NCBI GenBank assembly: GCA_030704615.1
Contig: CM060732.1
Span: forward strand, 13,950,001-14,014,000
Reading direction: 5' to 3'
Length of the DNA: 64,000 nt
Origin: Takakia lepidozioides
Taxonomy: Eukaryota > Plantae > Bryophyta
In this document: piece after piece, positions 35,401 to 47,911 of the stretch
Layout of the letters: each line of letters opens with the position of its first letter
How positions within the stretch are numbered: position 1 is the stretch's first letter
The notes under the pieces: generated by a model
Database searches by the model: none
The model's input: only the letters and a program-made list of their open reading frames with translations
Told to the model about the DNA's origin: nothing
Program-made: the position numbers and the translations under genes

Positions 35401-38400
35401 GTAGAGACGTTTTTGCTTATACCGGCGCAGTCCATTTTGCAAGTGGAACTGCGATTTAACCCCCATCCTCAAGTCCTCCATCACGGACTTCGCCAGCTCA
35501 TCCTTCCGGCAAGCCTTCCGGATCTTCCTTTGGAGTGCCGTCTCGCCCTTGTACACCAACAAGAGCTGCTGCTTTCTACTTAAAGCATCGGCCACCACAT
35601 TGTCCCGTCCCGGTTTGTACTGGATATCCACGTCGAACACTGCCAAAGTATCTTGCCACCTAAGTTGTTTTGGGACAACTTGGGCTGCGTGGCAAAATAC
35701 TTCACCGTGACATTGTCCGTGAACACCTTCACTGGGTTGGAACCAACATAGTGGCGCCAGAGCTCAAGGCAATGCACCACCGCCTTCATCTCTTTTTCGT
35801 GCGTCGGCCACCGTCGCTCCACTTCATTCAGTTTCTTACTTTCGTAAGCCACTGGACGTCCATCTTGCATAAGTACACCCCCAATCGCGAAGTCCGATGC
35901 ATCTGTATGAATCTCAAACGGACAATCGAACTCCGGGATTTTCAAGACTGAAGCTTCCGCCATCCACTGCTTCAATTCAGCAAAAGCTTGGCCACAAAAT
36001 GTGTTCCATACCCAGACTTTGGATTTACACAGAAGGTCCGACAGCGCCCCGCGATCTTGGCGAAATTTCTCACATACTTCCGGTAATAGGAGGCGAGTCC
36101 TAGGAAGGATCGCACTCCCGGGACCGAAGTCGGAGGCTCCCAGTCCAAGATCGCCCTCACCTTTCTGTCATCCATTTTGATCTCATCCTGTGTAATCACA
36201 TGCCCCAGGAACTCCACTTTTGTGACCCCGAATTCGCACTTTGAAGCTTTGGCATACAGCTTCCCTTCGCGCAATTTTTGGAACACCCTTTTGAGGTGCT
36301 CCAGGTGCTCCTCATTTGTTTTCGAGTACACCAAGATGTCGTCGATGTACACGATCACAAAGTCATCCAACCACTCCTGGAAAAGGCTGTTCATCAGCGT
36401 GCTAAATGTCGCTGGTGCATTGGTGAGCCCAAAAGGCATCACCAAGAACTCATATGAACCATACCTTGTCCTGCACGCGGTCTTCTCCTCATCTCCTTCC
36501 GCCACCCGAATTTGGTGATAGCCGGAGCGCAAGTCGATCCGGCTGAAATACTTCGCTCCTGCCAACCGATCGAAGAGGTCGTCGATCCTTGGCAGGGTAC
36601 CGGTTTTTTATAGTCACCTTATTCAGAGCCCTGTAATCGACACACATCCGCAGCATCCCATCCTTCTTGTCTGCAAATAGCACCGGGGCTCCGTAAGGCG
36701 ACTTACTCGGCCGGATGTACCCCTTTGACATTAGATCCTTGAGCTGAGTCTTCAGCTCGACCAACTCTCTGTGGCTCAACCGGTAGGGCGCCTTGGCAGG
36801 CGGTTCCGATCCCGGTATCACCTCAATTTTGTGGTCAACTCCTCTTTGCGGTGGCAAGCCGCTTGGTAAATCCTCCGGCATCACATCCTGGTATTTCTCC
36901 AAAATCCTCTTGATCCAATCTGGGCTCGGCTCCCCATCGCCTTCTCCTTTCACTTCTCTAATGTAAAGCAAAAACTGGGGCTCGTGTGCCTCCTCCACGG
37001 CCCACTCCTTTGCTGACAGAAGGTTTATTCGCCCTCCCACGGATTTGGGCGTTTCTGACACTCGTAAAACCTCGCCACCATTCCCACATGGCAGCGTGAC
37101 TACTCTCTTGCGGCCATCTATGACCGCTCCGGATTTGCTCAAAAAGGTCATCCCCAAAATGAGATCCACTCCATCGATCTCGCAGATGGTGAAGTTTGCA
37201 CGTCCCTCCCAACTCCCCAGTTGAAGAGGAACATCAAACGCCAACCTTGTCGCCAACTGTGGTTCTCCTTTGACAGAACGCACCTCAATAGGGGCCCCCA
37301 CGTCACTTGTCGGGAGTCCCAGCTTTTGTGCCGTTGCCGGTGTCATGAAGGAGTGCAACGCTTCTGTGTCCACCAACAACGACACATTAGTTCCGGATAT
37401 TATCCCATCCACGAACAATAACTGACTCCCTTTCGTAAGGCGCCAGTTTCCTGATACAACTCACAAGAAAATTTGCCTACCTTGCAAGTCCTGGCGACCA
37501 CCGCTTCCACCAAGCGACTGATGGTATCTTCCGACAGCTCCGTGGTCGCCCGAGTCATGTTCAATTGTCGGGGCTTCGTGCACTTCTTGGCCATGTGCCT
37601 GGATTCCCCGCAATTGAAACACACTCCATCAAAGGTCGCCTTCTGTCCGCCATAAGCCGTTCCACCCGCTTTTCCTTTCGAAGCACCGGGTGCCGCCTTG
37701 ACGTGTGAAGGCCCTCCCTTCGATTTCCACGTGCCAATGTCGCCGCGTGGCCTATCCCACTTCTTTTCCGGTTGGAAGGAGTCACCTTCCCGCCGGGTCT
37801 TCTTGTGGTTCAGCTCCGTACGGCCTTGTCTCTCACCCCTAGGGACATCCGAGAAACATTCAGCCCTCTCAATTGCCTCGTTCAAAGTCTTGGGTGGCTT
37901 CTCCTCCAACTTCCGCCTGGCCCATGGGGCCAGTCCCGCCACAAAGTTGAAGACCATTTCTGGTTCTGCCATGTCCGCGACTTCGAGCAACAGCACATTG
38001 AAAGCCTGGACGTACCCCCAAATGTCATCTGTTTGCTTCAAATTCCTCATCTTGTCCCGGGCAAGCCAGGACGCGTTGAGGGGCATAAACTGTCTCTTCA
38101 ACAATTCCTTGAACCCACTCCAGTTCAAGGTTTCCGGACTTGGACCTCGGTCGTGAAGGCGTTTCTGCCACCATTGTTGAGCATAGCCCCACAAATAGGT
38201 GGGAGCCACTTCCACGCGATCCTCGTCACTCAACTTGGCCGCCCGGAAGTACTGCTCCAGCTCCAAGAGCCAGGTGTTGAGTGCCTTCCGATTTCGGACG
38301 CCCTCGAAGGTGCCGGGTTCCTTAGGCTTCACCTTAAACTTTGCCTTAGTGGAAGTCGCATTAGCCGCCTTCAACACGTCTTTCAACGTCCCGTCAAACT

Positions 38401-39422
38401 GCGCCAACAACCCTTCCCAAAAGGCTGCCGGCATGGGAGGCATCTCTTGGTTTGTCGGAGCTCTCAAGGATTCCTCGGGCTCCGACTCCTCGGATTTCTC
38501 CCGCTCTTGGGCGGCCTCGTTTTTGGAAACATGCATCGCTTCCTCAAACGGCCGCCTCGGTGACACGCCGCCCCCATCGGGCTCACCGGGATCATCATCT
38601 TTTGGGCCGTTCCGCTTTCGCTTCGGTTTGCCCGACCCCATGATGAGGCCATCCCAAGGACGATCGCGTACTGAACTCTAAGCTCTGATACCAAGTGTCG
38701 CGCACCTCACTTCGGAAAGTTCCCCTTCAAGTCATAGTTACTCGCTTTGATGCGCGCGCCTGACTCCCAACCTGGCCGCCCGGGCCAACTTGGAGCTTCG
38801 GCTGCTCACTGGGACATAACGGTCCCCCCTTCACTTCCCTCTAAACCCTCCACCTAATTGGGACTAGGAAAATTCCCTTTGGTAGATGGCAGTCCGGAAT
38901 AGCTCCCCACTCTTTGGTCGCTTTTCGGCTCGCTCGCTTACTCACTAGTTTTTGGTCACCAACGGGCTTGCACCGTTCTCGGGGTTACTACTCCCTATAT
39001 ATACTTCTGTAGCTGTCCGCGGGGGTTCCACAACCAGCCATGCCATTTTATGGCGAACCACCACAAAAACCCTCGACTCCCGGTGATGAGTCGCGGTGAG
39101 TCTTGGTCCGCTCACCACGGCCCCTATGGACCGTGATGAGTCCCAAGACTCCCCACGACTCCCACCATGAGGTCTCCGCCCCCATGGTGAGTCCTATGCC
39201 ACCCCCACTAAGTCCCGCTAAGCTACCACCACCCCTTGTGGAGCCACCCCCACCGCAACCCGGTGTGCGGGGCTCCACCTAGTGAGCGCCTCCGCTTCCC
39301 TGAGTGCCTTGGGCACTCAAGAGTGCTTCAGCCCCCCATACCTATCGCTGCCGCTGCCCCCACCACAGGGGCAGCCCCTCATGTGTCCCGACCCCCTGCC
39401 CTCAAGGCAAAGGGCCGCGACA
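32462..39422 (-). mobile_element. Full-length chromovirus copy (best preserved)
   Basis: LTRs 32462-33184 and 38696-39422 share the diagnostic CGGAAAGTTCCCC variant; TSD GAGGG (32457-32461, 39423-39427); PBS; PPT. Confidence 0.97.
34027..38641 (-). pseudogene. gag-pol polyprotein with chromodomain, several frameshifts
   Basis: 413-aa gag ORF; [11 protein letters not shown] protease site (degenerate DTG); RT YIDD; RH; IN; GPF motif; chromodomain. Confidence 0.95.
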
Positions 39423-42400
39423 GAGGGCGTTCGGAATGTTGACAGATATGGATAGGAAACATGACGGTCATCCTTGGTGCGTCACCCAAACCACCAGCAT
39501 GAAGATGCTCAATGGTGTGCGGGTGCGCTACGTTGTCTGTGCGAGCGCGTTGCGGTGTTTATCCCCAACTTGCTTCCACTTTAAAACTAGAGGTCACAGG
39601 AACGAGACGGATTGGACAAGCACAACTCATCAACCATTTCGAGCTCAGGAGAAGGTTCCAAACTCCACATTTAAGTGTGCGCATTGCAAAGAACCACCAC
39701 ACTGCACGTCTGTTTGTAATGCCAAGCAGTTCTATGTGTTGCACCGTTTCCCTGACCTCACACGAGCTTGCATACACGTTGGTTCCCATTGTCACAAATT
39801 GGCGAGGGGGAACTCGCGGGAGGCTGCCCACAAGGCAGAGTAGCTCGTTCAGGAGGAGGTTAGTTGAGACCTGGTGCCAAACCCAAACAGATACAGCTGC
39901 AGGCCGCCCATAAGATGGCATTGGCCAGAATTATGTCGGAAGACGGCTCCGACAGAGTTCCTCTCGATGAGAAGGAAATGGAGGCATTGTTGGAGTCAGT
40001 GTCCCACGTCTGTTCACCGAATGTCCGAAACCACATTGTCTCTTGCAAACAGAAAATTGGGCGTGGCTCGGATATGCACTCCATTTTGGAGGTGAAGCGA
40101 CGATGTGGATATGACTATATTCATGGAAGTAGGTATCCTGGACAAGGGACTGAGGCAGATCGTTGTTTCGTATTCAAAATGTCCACGTGTGGGCCTGGCA
40201 GCGGCGTCGAACTGGTCGACCGGATGACGAGTGGGGACTTGTCAAACAGTTGGGTCATGTTCGACCATATCAAGCGAATTACAAATCACCAGTGGGTGAC
40301 AATGGCTGCACATGTCTACGACACCCACTGCAGGATGCTAATGACCATTGCTATTTGTGAGATGAAAGGAGAGGACACACAATCGGAGATGCTTCTTTGG
40401 CAGGGAATAAACGAACAGATGGCCAGGGCGGGATTGCCCCCTCCCAATTTCCGTGGTTTCATGGCGGACAACGCACAAGCAAATTGGGCTGCCATCCAAA
40501 GGGTGTACGGGGAAGACCCCAATGTTCCGATGGAAGGCAAGGAGAGATCTTGTGGGTTCCATTTTCTGCAGAGCTTGTCGCAGTACACAACCCGGCTCGT
40601 GTCTTGCGTGGAAGCGTGCTCCCACCTTGGATGATGCAGAGACACAATTTGCATGTATACGGGCTTGGTGGACAACGTCAGGTGCTGTAAAGAAATCAGA
40701 CAAGGGAGCAATGATCAGTTGGCTAGCATGGTGACATTATCGTTCCTCCAGTTCGACGACTATATGCGGGAGGTGAGTCGGATGAATTCGCGTCTCGTTG
40801 AATATTATGCTACTCGTTATTTGTAACTTGATTGTAACCTCAACATGTGCATGTGCAGGAAATGTGTCTGGACTCCGACACCGACATGTCGACAACAAAC
40901 ATGGCCGAATCAGTACATTCTTCTTGGCATGCCTCCTATGCGGCGCATCTGGTGGACATCCTCACTGCCACAACGGAGGACATTGTCAGGTCAATTATGC
41001 AGCAATGCAGGTACAACGAGTTCTTGAAAGAGAAACAGTGGGGCTTGGGGCCGGACAGGCAGGAAATGCTGATGCGGACTGCCTCCAGATCGAAGAATCC
41101 TTGCAAGTGGGCGGCAGCCTTGTGAGAGGGCCTTCGGGAAACGCCATTGCTTCGAAGAGGCCAACACTTGGAAGGAGATGTTCACACCCGTCCAGTGAGA
41201 CGAAGACTTGACGAGGCACCTGACGGAGAAGAGGATTCATGGCGAGCTGACAAGAATATTCGCACGCTCCCTCGTGGTCCCGTGATGTTGCCCGAGGAGG
41301 TCTCGTCGAGCACCGCAAGTCCTGCACGTTCAAGATCGTCATCTCCTTAGAGCACAGGGCACGTGCTCGAGGAACATAACGAGCCATCTGTAGTAATGCA
41401 GTACAACATACCCATTGTGGAGACAAGAGTGTCGGAGTCACAGTGGAAAATTGCAAGGACATTGCCGACATTTCGAGGGAAGTGATGTGCCATCCGGGTG
41501 GATACGACAACACGTTGTGGTGAGATGATTCGGAGGAACCCACACGGTGCTGTACCTGCACCTTATTTCAGTGGCAGATTTTTGACTCCCACATTCTCTC
41601 ACGCCACAACGCAGACGTTTTGGTTTTGTAGGCACGACATAATGACCTGTGTATTTGGCAAGCCCAAGTACGGGATTCAGGGAATGCCGGAGCCTCCGGG
41701 CGTCTGGCCTGTTGCACCGGGTTGCAACCTCTCTCAGAATGAGGCGGATGCTCTTTCTATAGCATGATTTCGAATGGTGCAATGCACAGACGTCCCGGCC
41801 CACTCGTTTCTAGTTCCTTAGACCCAGCCATTGCAGACTGCTCGGTCCAGTAGAGACGGATTGGACAATTCTGCATATCCCACAATGCGATTCGGAAGAG
41901 TGAAGAGACGACACCCTCCCAACAAGTTGAATGAGACTTGGATTGCCAATGCTCTCGGGATGGCTTGCACTATTCAGAGCTCCGTGGACGTACCCCCACC
42001 CGGCCTTGGGCGTGTTTATTGGATAACAACGGCCGGCTCAGCTGTACGCGACGACGTATACACAATTATGATTGGAGTGGAACCGACTTGCAATTGTACG
42101 GACTTCTCGTTGATGGAAGCAAAGAAGGGGTCAAAGTATTATCCGTGCAAGCATCTGTATTACATTTACCTGAAGAGGTTGAGGATGAACTTGACTATTG
42201 ATGACTTTATTCATGCACCAGCGTTGAGCGTGAACAAGCTGCACAAACTCCTCGGCCGGGATTCCAGAAATCATTGATGGGGAAAAGGGAATCCACCATA
42301 TGGATATTTGTAATTGCATTTTGATGCATTAGACTTTGTTTTGCAATGTAATGAATTGTACCCCAAAACTCCTGGAATGAGACAGACAATATTAAAGTGA

Positions 42401-42539
42401 TGTCTTTTAAACACTAGGGACTGCTGGATATCCGTTGACGTCCAGTGGCAATTCAATGTCGAAACAGAATCAATACAAAGATGGCGGCAGGAAAAATTTG
42501 CAAATCTTCCAGAAAACTGAGTTCCAACAGTTGCAGTTG

Positions 42540-43109
42540 AGGGGGCCAATTCTGGAAAAATGGCGCTGAATTTCCTTTTTTCGGGCCGAAAACTGGCTAA
42601 GTCCCAACATTGTCTGGAAACGATGTCTGGAAAAATGGCGCCGAATTTCCAGTTACATGGCCCAGAACTGCCCAACATTTGTGCAAAGCCCGGCACCATG
42701 TACCGAAATTCAGTGCTACATTTCCAAATTTTGGGCTTACACTTCAATGAAGTTGGGACCTATAACCGCGAAACTCGGCACCATTTTTTGCCGGAGACAC
42801 CTATTACCGCGGAATACGTCGCCGATTTTTCTGCTTGCGGAACCTATTACCGCGAAATTCGGCGCCATTTTTGCAGATGTCGCTCGGAATTCGCATGAGC
42901 GGAAGACAAAATATCATGAGCACGGCTCTCAAAACTACAATTTCTACTTCAAACAATGTATATTATATTGTTTTTTTACACGTCCCATTAAAATAATGTT
43001 TTTAATGGTTTTTATTTGCAGAATTTGTACTTCTGCTCATGAAAACCGATTGTCTTACTACTCCGCTCATGCCGCTCATGCCATTCATGCTCATGAAATA
43101 GCTAACCTC
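42540..43109 (+). repeat. MULE subterminal region and TIR (transposase-side end, element X)
   Basis: Homologous to 26480-26959; terminus CATGAAATAGCTAACCTC. Confidence 0.87.
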
Positions 43110-43191
43110 CTTGCCTCCTACTACCGAAAGTACGTGAGAAATTTCGCTAAGATCGCGGGGCCGCTGTCAGACCTTCTTTGTAAGTCCAAGG
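43110..43191 (+). pseudogene. ~80-bp gypsy RT fragment (piece 2) between two MULE ends
   Basis: [27 protein letters not shown]. Confidence 0.92.
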
Positions 43192-43659
43192 GGGGGCTGC
43201 TTTTTCATGAGCGGCATGAGCATGAGCAGAAAAAAAAAAAAAAAAAACATGAGCGGACCATTGTGTGTCCACGGAAATAGGGAGGAGGCACGGAAATGGG
43301 GTCATGTGAAGTTGGAATGTGGCACCAGTGGACTCGTCATAGCAATGAAATGCAACATTTTATTGCAAATTTTGTGGCGAGCCACATCTATACAACTGTC
43401 CTAACTGTCATAGCCGGGATGGGAACTACTATCCTCCTCTCCTACACCCTCCGAGGAACTTGCCCCACCTGCCTCCTCATCCCCCTCATCCCCTGACATC
43501 TGAGATGCATCACTTCCACTATGCCTCTCACAAATACCGTCCTCTCCTTGGGGAACCGTCCACCTCACCTCCTGGGAATCTTCTGTCTCTTCTCCCCCAC
43601 TTTCCTCAGCAGAATCCAAGACAAATCTACGAGCCTGACGAGCTCTAATAGCTGCTGCC

Positions 43660-44120
43660 TCGGAAATGGCTAAGTCCCAGAGGTGGCCTTGCCCGAATCT
43701 GGAAATGCGGCGCCATTTTTCCAGAGTCAGATACAGGCACTCATGGGACAGTCGTTTTGGGCCCCAACCTGGATATATGGCGCCGAAATTCCAGTCTGGG
43801 GGGCCAAAATGGCTAAGTCCCCGAGTACCTTCCGGTATCATGGACTTAGCCGTTTTGGCGCCGAATTTCCAGTGTGCGGCCAGAGATGGCTAAGTCCCAG
43901 GGGTGGCCTTGCCCGAATTTGGAAATGCGGCGCCATTTTTCCAGAGTTGGATACAGGCACTCATGGGACTTAGCCGTTTTGGGCCCCAACCTAGATATGT
44001 GGTGCCGAATTTCCAGTCTGGGGGTCCAAAATGGCTAAGTCCCCGAGTAGTTTCCGATGTCATGGGACTTAGCCGTTTTGGGCCCCAAGCTAGATATAGG
44101 CACTCATGGAACTTAGCCGC
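43660..44120. repeat. Intron-type inverted-unit palindrome array (homolog of 15008-15845)
   Basis: TGGCTAAGTCCC / GGGACTTAGCC alternate with GGCGCC cores. Confidence 0.88.
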
Positions 44121-44659
44121 TCATGGGACAACCATTTCCATGCCAAAGAATTGGGCAACATAGAAAATGGGTACGAATGTAATAAGAGCCCAGGAGGTTT
44201 ACTTGTATAGAAGGCGCATTGCCGCTTTGTCTGCGTTCGGCTGATCGGTGAACTCACATGTGACTCCTCCGGGCATGCGGCATCTCTCGATAGAATAGGT
44301 CGGTTTTGAATAGCAGAAAGTACCTTGTCACATAGTCGGTGAGGCTCTCTGCTCCTGCCGCTATCTTCAGCTTCCTTGATGGGGGGTTTCTCAGAGGAGA
44401 GCCTCGCCCTTCTCCATACGGCATAAGTCCGACTAACAGTAAAATCGAACGCATAATGCGTTGTGGCATTTGGGGAAAGGAACTTCCACACGTCACATCA
44501 GTGGCTCTAGGCGTAGCTGGGAAGCTAGCATGGAATCTGTGCGGACGATCCGGGTTCAAAAAGGAAGACGGCGGAACATAAATGCGGGCCGCCAGGAATA
44601 ACTGTGACAGGTTGCGAACTCGCCCAGGGCGACACCTGTCCGAGTCATACCCCGACAGA

Positions 44660-45550
44660 AAAAAGGTGCCATATTTCCATTCAGGGTGATGAACTCCGGC
44701 AGGCACGTGGGGCCCACTCCGCCCGAGACGACTTCATCACTGACCCCTCGGATGGAAATTCGGCGCCATATTTCCATCCGAGGGATGAAGTCTGGCACCA
44801 TCGAGAGGACCCATCTAGGCCCTCAAGGACTTCATCCCCGCCCCCTCGGATGGAAATATGGCGCCAAATTTCTATCCGGGGAATGAAATCTTGCAGCCAC
44901 ATGCACCCATCTCCGCCCCCCAGGACTTCATCCTTGGCACATCGGATGGAAATACGGCGCCAAATTTCCATCCGGGGGATGAACTGTGGCAGCCATCCGG
45001 GCCCATCCGGGCCCCCAAGGACTTCATCCCCGCCCCCTCGGATGGAAATACGGCGCCAAATTTCCATCCGGGGGATGAAATCTGGCAGCCACATGCACCC
45101 ATGTCGGCCCACCAGGACTTCATCCCTGGCCCCTAGGATGGAAATACGGCGCCGAATTTCCATCGGGGGGATGAACTCTGGCAGCCATGTGGACCCATCT
45201 CGGCCCACCGGGACTTCATCCCTGGCCCCTAGGATGGAAATACGGCCCCGAATTTCCATCGGGTGGATGAACTCTGGCAGCCAACTGGAACCATATCGGC
45301 CCCACACGACTTCTTCCCTGGCCTTCCTGATGGAAATTCGGCACCATATTTCCATCCGGGGATGAAATCTGGCAGCCATATGCACCCATCTCGGCCCCCA
45401 AGGACTTCATCCATTGCCCCTCGGATGGAAATACGGTGCCGAATTTCCATCCGGAGGATGAACTGTGGCACCGACGTGGACCCCTAGGATGGAAATTCGG
45501 CGCCATATTTCCATCCGGGGGATGGAAAAACGGCGCTGAATTTCCATCCA
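44660..45550 (-). repeat. ~96-bp tandem array, diverged homolog of the 1-3890 satellite
   Basis: On the minus strand, GGATGAAGTC...CATCCCCCGGATGGAAAT..GGCGCC..ATTTCCATCC with different linker sequence. Confidence 0.9.
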
Positions 45551-45726
45551 TGGAATGAAATTTGCACCGATAAAGGGAACAAAAGGGACCGGAGGAAGGA
45601 AATTGTATGTTTTCTGGGCGAAGTAGACAACAAAACCACGAAAAATGGGAGTAAAGGGTTAAAAATGTCCAGAGTGGCACGAACCGACCCCCCTCAGATG
45701 GAAATTCGGCGCCATATTTTGATCCG

Positions 45727-46484
45727 GGGGCTCGTAATCCACTCAGAAAACAATCTTTTAGTACCCCATCATCTAGGGGGGTTAAAGGGTTTTGGAGTCG
45801 CATCAACTCCCAAAATCGCATTTCAAAGTCCGCTACCTCCTCTGTGGGGCCTTGGCGGATCCTGGCCAGTGCCATCAAGACATTAATGAACTGATGGACC
45901 GCTCAAAAATGATCTAAAAATGCGTCCCGAATCTGCTGCCAAGTCACGAAGATACCTAGCGCCTGTTGCCAATACCAAGTAGATGCCCTACCCCTCATGG
46001 TTGTGGGAAACCATATCAACCAATAGGCATCGTTTAACGCTTGGTTAGAATAGCAACACTAAATAAAGCTCTTCACATGATACTCTGGGTTTTCATGTGC
46101 TTCCCCGGAAAACCAAGGCAAATGCCTGGGTAACGTTAATGGGGGCAGGCTTGCTGGGACCACAATAGGTACCTCAGGAGGTCCTGGAATATGTGCCATA
46201 ACTGACACTAATGACGGCGAAGGGCTCCTTGACCTGGCCGGTGGTGTATAAGGGGGACTAGATACAGGGGAAACCACTCGTGAACACTCGATCTCTGAAG
46301 AGCTGTCAATGTTCTCTCCTTCCCACTCTATCTTACCCAAACTTCTAGTTTCTGAGTCTGATTGTGGACTCAATACTGGGTGTTTCCCTAGCAGTTGATC
46401 TCTGACGGCTTCTCGAGCCAGTCTCCTTTGCAACCTAGTATTAAAGGATATGCTATCCAAGCGAGATTCATTCAGCCCGGCCAA
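45727..46484 (-). pseudogene. N-terminal half of a retrotransposon gag (different family)
   Basis: LPWFSGEAHENPEYHV..FPTTMRGRASTWY..TWQQIRDAFLDHF..LARIRQGPTEEVADFEMRF..FLSGLRAP (Retrotrans_gag-like), with stops. Confidence 0.85.
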
Positions 46485-46899
46485 CGAGTGTTGAACCGAA
46501 AAAATATAGCAATAGGGGCTGTTCAGGCTCCCGGGCCTCGGGGTCAGGTACGTCTCCAGTCCTGGTGCTGGAAATGATGCGGTAGAGTCCGATCACCCGG
46601 TACTCAAAGGAATGCTCCCGGCGAGGGAGTGCCATGGTGCAGCCATACTGCCACTCAAAATTCTCCATGTGGTTAGCCCTCTGCTTAACTCAAATGCGAG
46701 AAATCTATCTAGATGTACCTAATGGTTCACTCGGTCTTTTCCTGTCCGAGTCAAAACATAAAACGTCAAATAAAAATGAAAGAACAAAAATCCCAGAGGA
46801 GAATGACAAAGGTCCAATTCTCCTTCTATTCGGAATACAAGGAGTCATGACTATTCACTTACCTCCCGGCAGACGTACCATTTATATGACGAGCCCTGA

Positions 46900-47000
46900 G
46901 CGTTTGTGAAAAAAATTCATGCTCATGATTTTTTCGGCAGTTACAAGTCTGCTCATGGCTCATGGCTCATGGCTCATGGCTCATGAAATAGCAACCCCCC
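46900..47000 (+). repeat. Isolated MULE-type terminus with repeated GCTCATG
   Basis: GCTCATG x4 then GCTCATGAAATAGCAACCCCCC. Confidence 0.8.
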
Positions 47001-47279
47001 GTGCAACTGGAGCAAGTGGTGCAAATTGGCACCAAGACTCTGCGCTATGTAAATCACATGGAGGATGAAATGTTAATGGGATATCCAGCAAATTACACCC
47101 ATCATGTGCAAATAAAGGGAGCCGAAAATTACTTAAATGCTCTCATTACAAATAGGTACATAAATATTTTTAGCTTATGACCATCATAGTACTGTATCCA
47201 AGCATGGTTTTGTGGAGGGAAAGAATGTGAATTATATATTTATTTATCAGATCAAACTATCATGGGCACTCTCAAAGAT

Positions 47280-47470
47280 TGCTCGCCTTGGAAGGCTCAC
47301 ATGGCCATTAGTGGAAGGTCGACATAAGCAGGTGAGAGCGATTGTTGTGGAGGGAGTTTGCATTCGGCAACGACTTCAAAATCGGAGACCAGCTTGTATT
47401 CTCTCTCATTTCACACTCTCAATTTACTGTTGGAGTGTTTGACAAGTTTGGCAAACGAAGGCCTGCAACT
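47280..47470 (+). pseudogene. B3 DNA-binding domain fragment (REM-like)
   Basis: WREFAFGNDFKIGDQLVFSLISHSQFTVGVFD resembles the B3 C-terminal GWxxFxxxNxLxxGDxxVF...FxVxIFD pattern. Confidence 0.7.
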
Positions 47471-47911
47471 CCATCACCTAGGGAGTATCCTTGGAGCCAT
47501 ACTAGGTGGATTCATGGCTCCATAGGATTGGGATTCGTATCCACCACCATGCCAAAAGCTTGCCAAAGCGCAAGTATACAGTCGAGATTGAATCCGGCCT
47601 GAAAACACTGCCAAAGCCAGATACAAATGTTCTTCACATTCCCAACGAATGTTTCCAGCAGCTTTGAGCAACACGAGTTATCTACAAGAGTTGATTAAGA
47701 AAACAATGGATGTGGGCATATTGAGGAAGGAGTCTCATTTCTTCCTAAAGACTGTTTTTTCAAAGCTCGATGGCCTAGCACCCCGTTCGAGAAGGGAGAG
47801 AGGGGGAGAGAGAGGGAGAGAGATAGAGGGGCAAAAAAAAAAAAAAAAAAAAGGTGGGGGAAACCCCCAAGTGTCCTATCCCCCGTCCCCACCCCCTTTC
47901 CTTGTGCCTGA

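Larger units (their letters stand above)
32090..42277 (+). pseudogene. MULE transposase with C-terminal SWIM zinc finger, copy B; interrupted by a gypsy element
   Basis: Same DDE motifs as copy A (WVMFDH, FMADNAQANW, CGFH, TTNMAES) plus YTIMIGVEPTCNCTDF...PCKHLYYIY (SWIM CxC..CxH); intron 40773-40857; 5' end cut off by an LTR. Confidence 0.9.
43192..45726 (-). mobile_element. MULE copy Y, cargo-side arm with internal deletions (ParB and MTase exons lost)
   Basis: Starts GGGGGCTGCTTTTTCATGAGC. 43200-43655 is the reverse complement of ~18030-18470; 44160-44372 matches exon ~14755-14930; 44380-44600 matches ~4450-4660. Confidence 0.85.

Noticed and set aside
37400-37440. Programmed gag-pol frameshift
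   Set aside because: The copy at ~29280-29320 reads through in frame ([13 protein letters not shown]), so the shift is a mutation or sequencing indel.
43192-47000. A complete element bounded by the two GGGGG-type ends
   Set aside because: The flanks GTCCAAGG and GTGCAACT do not match as a TSD. The 43192 end pairs better with 26959, and the 47000 end lies inside the inverted segment.
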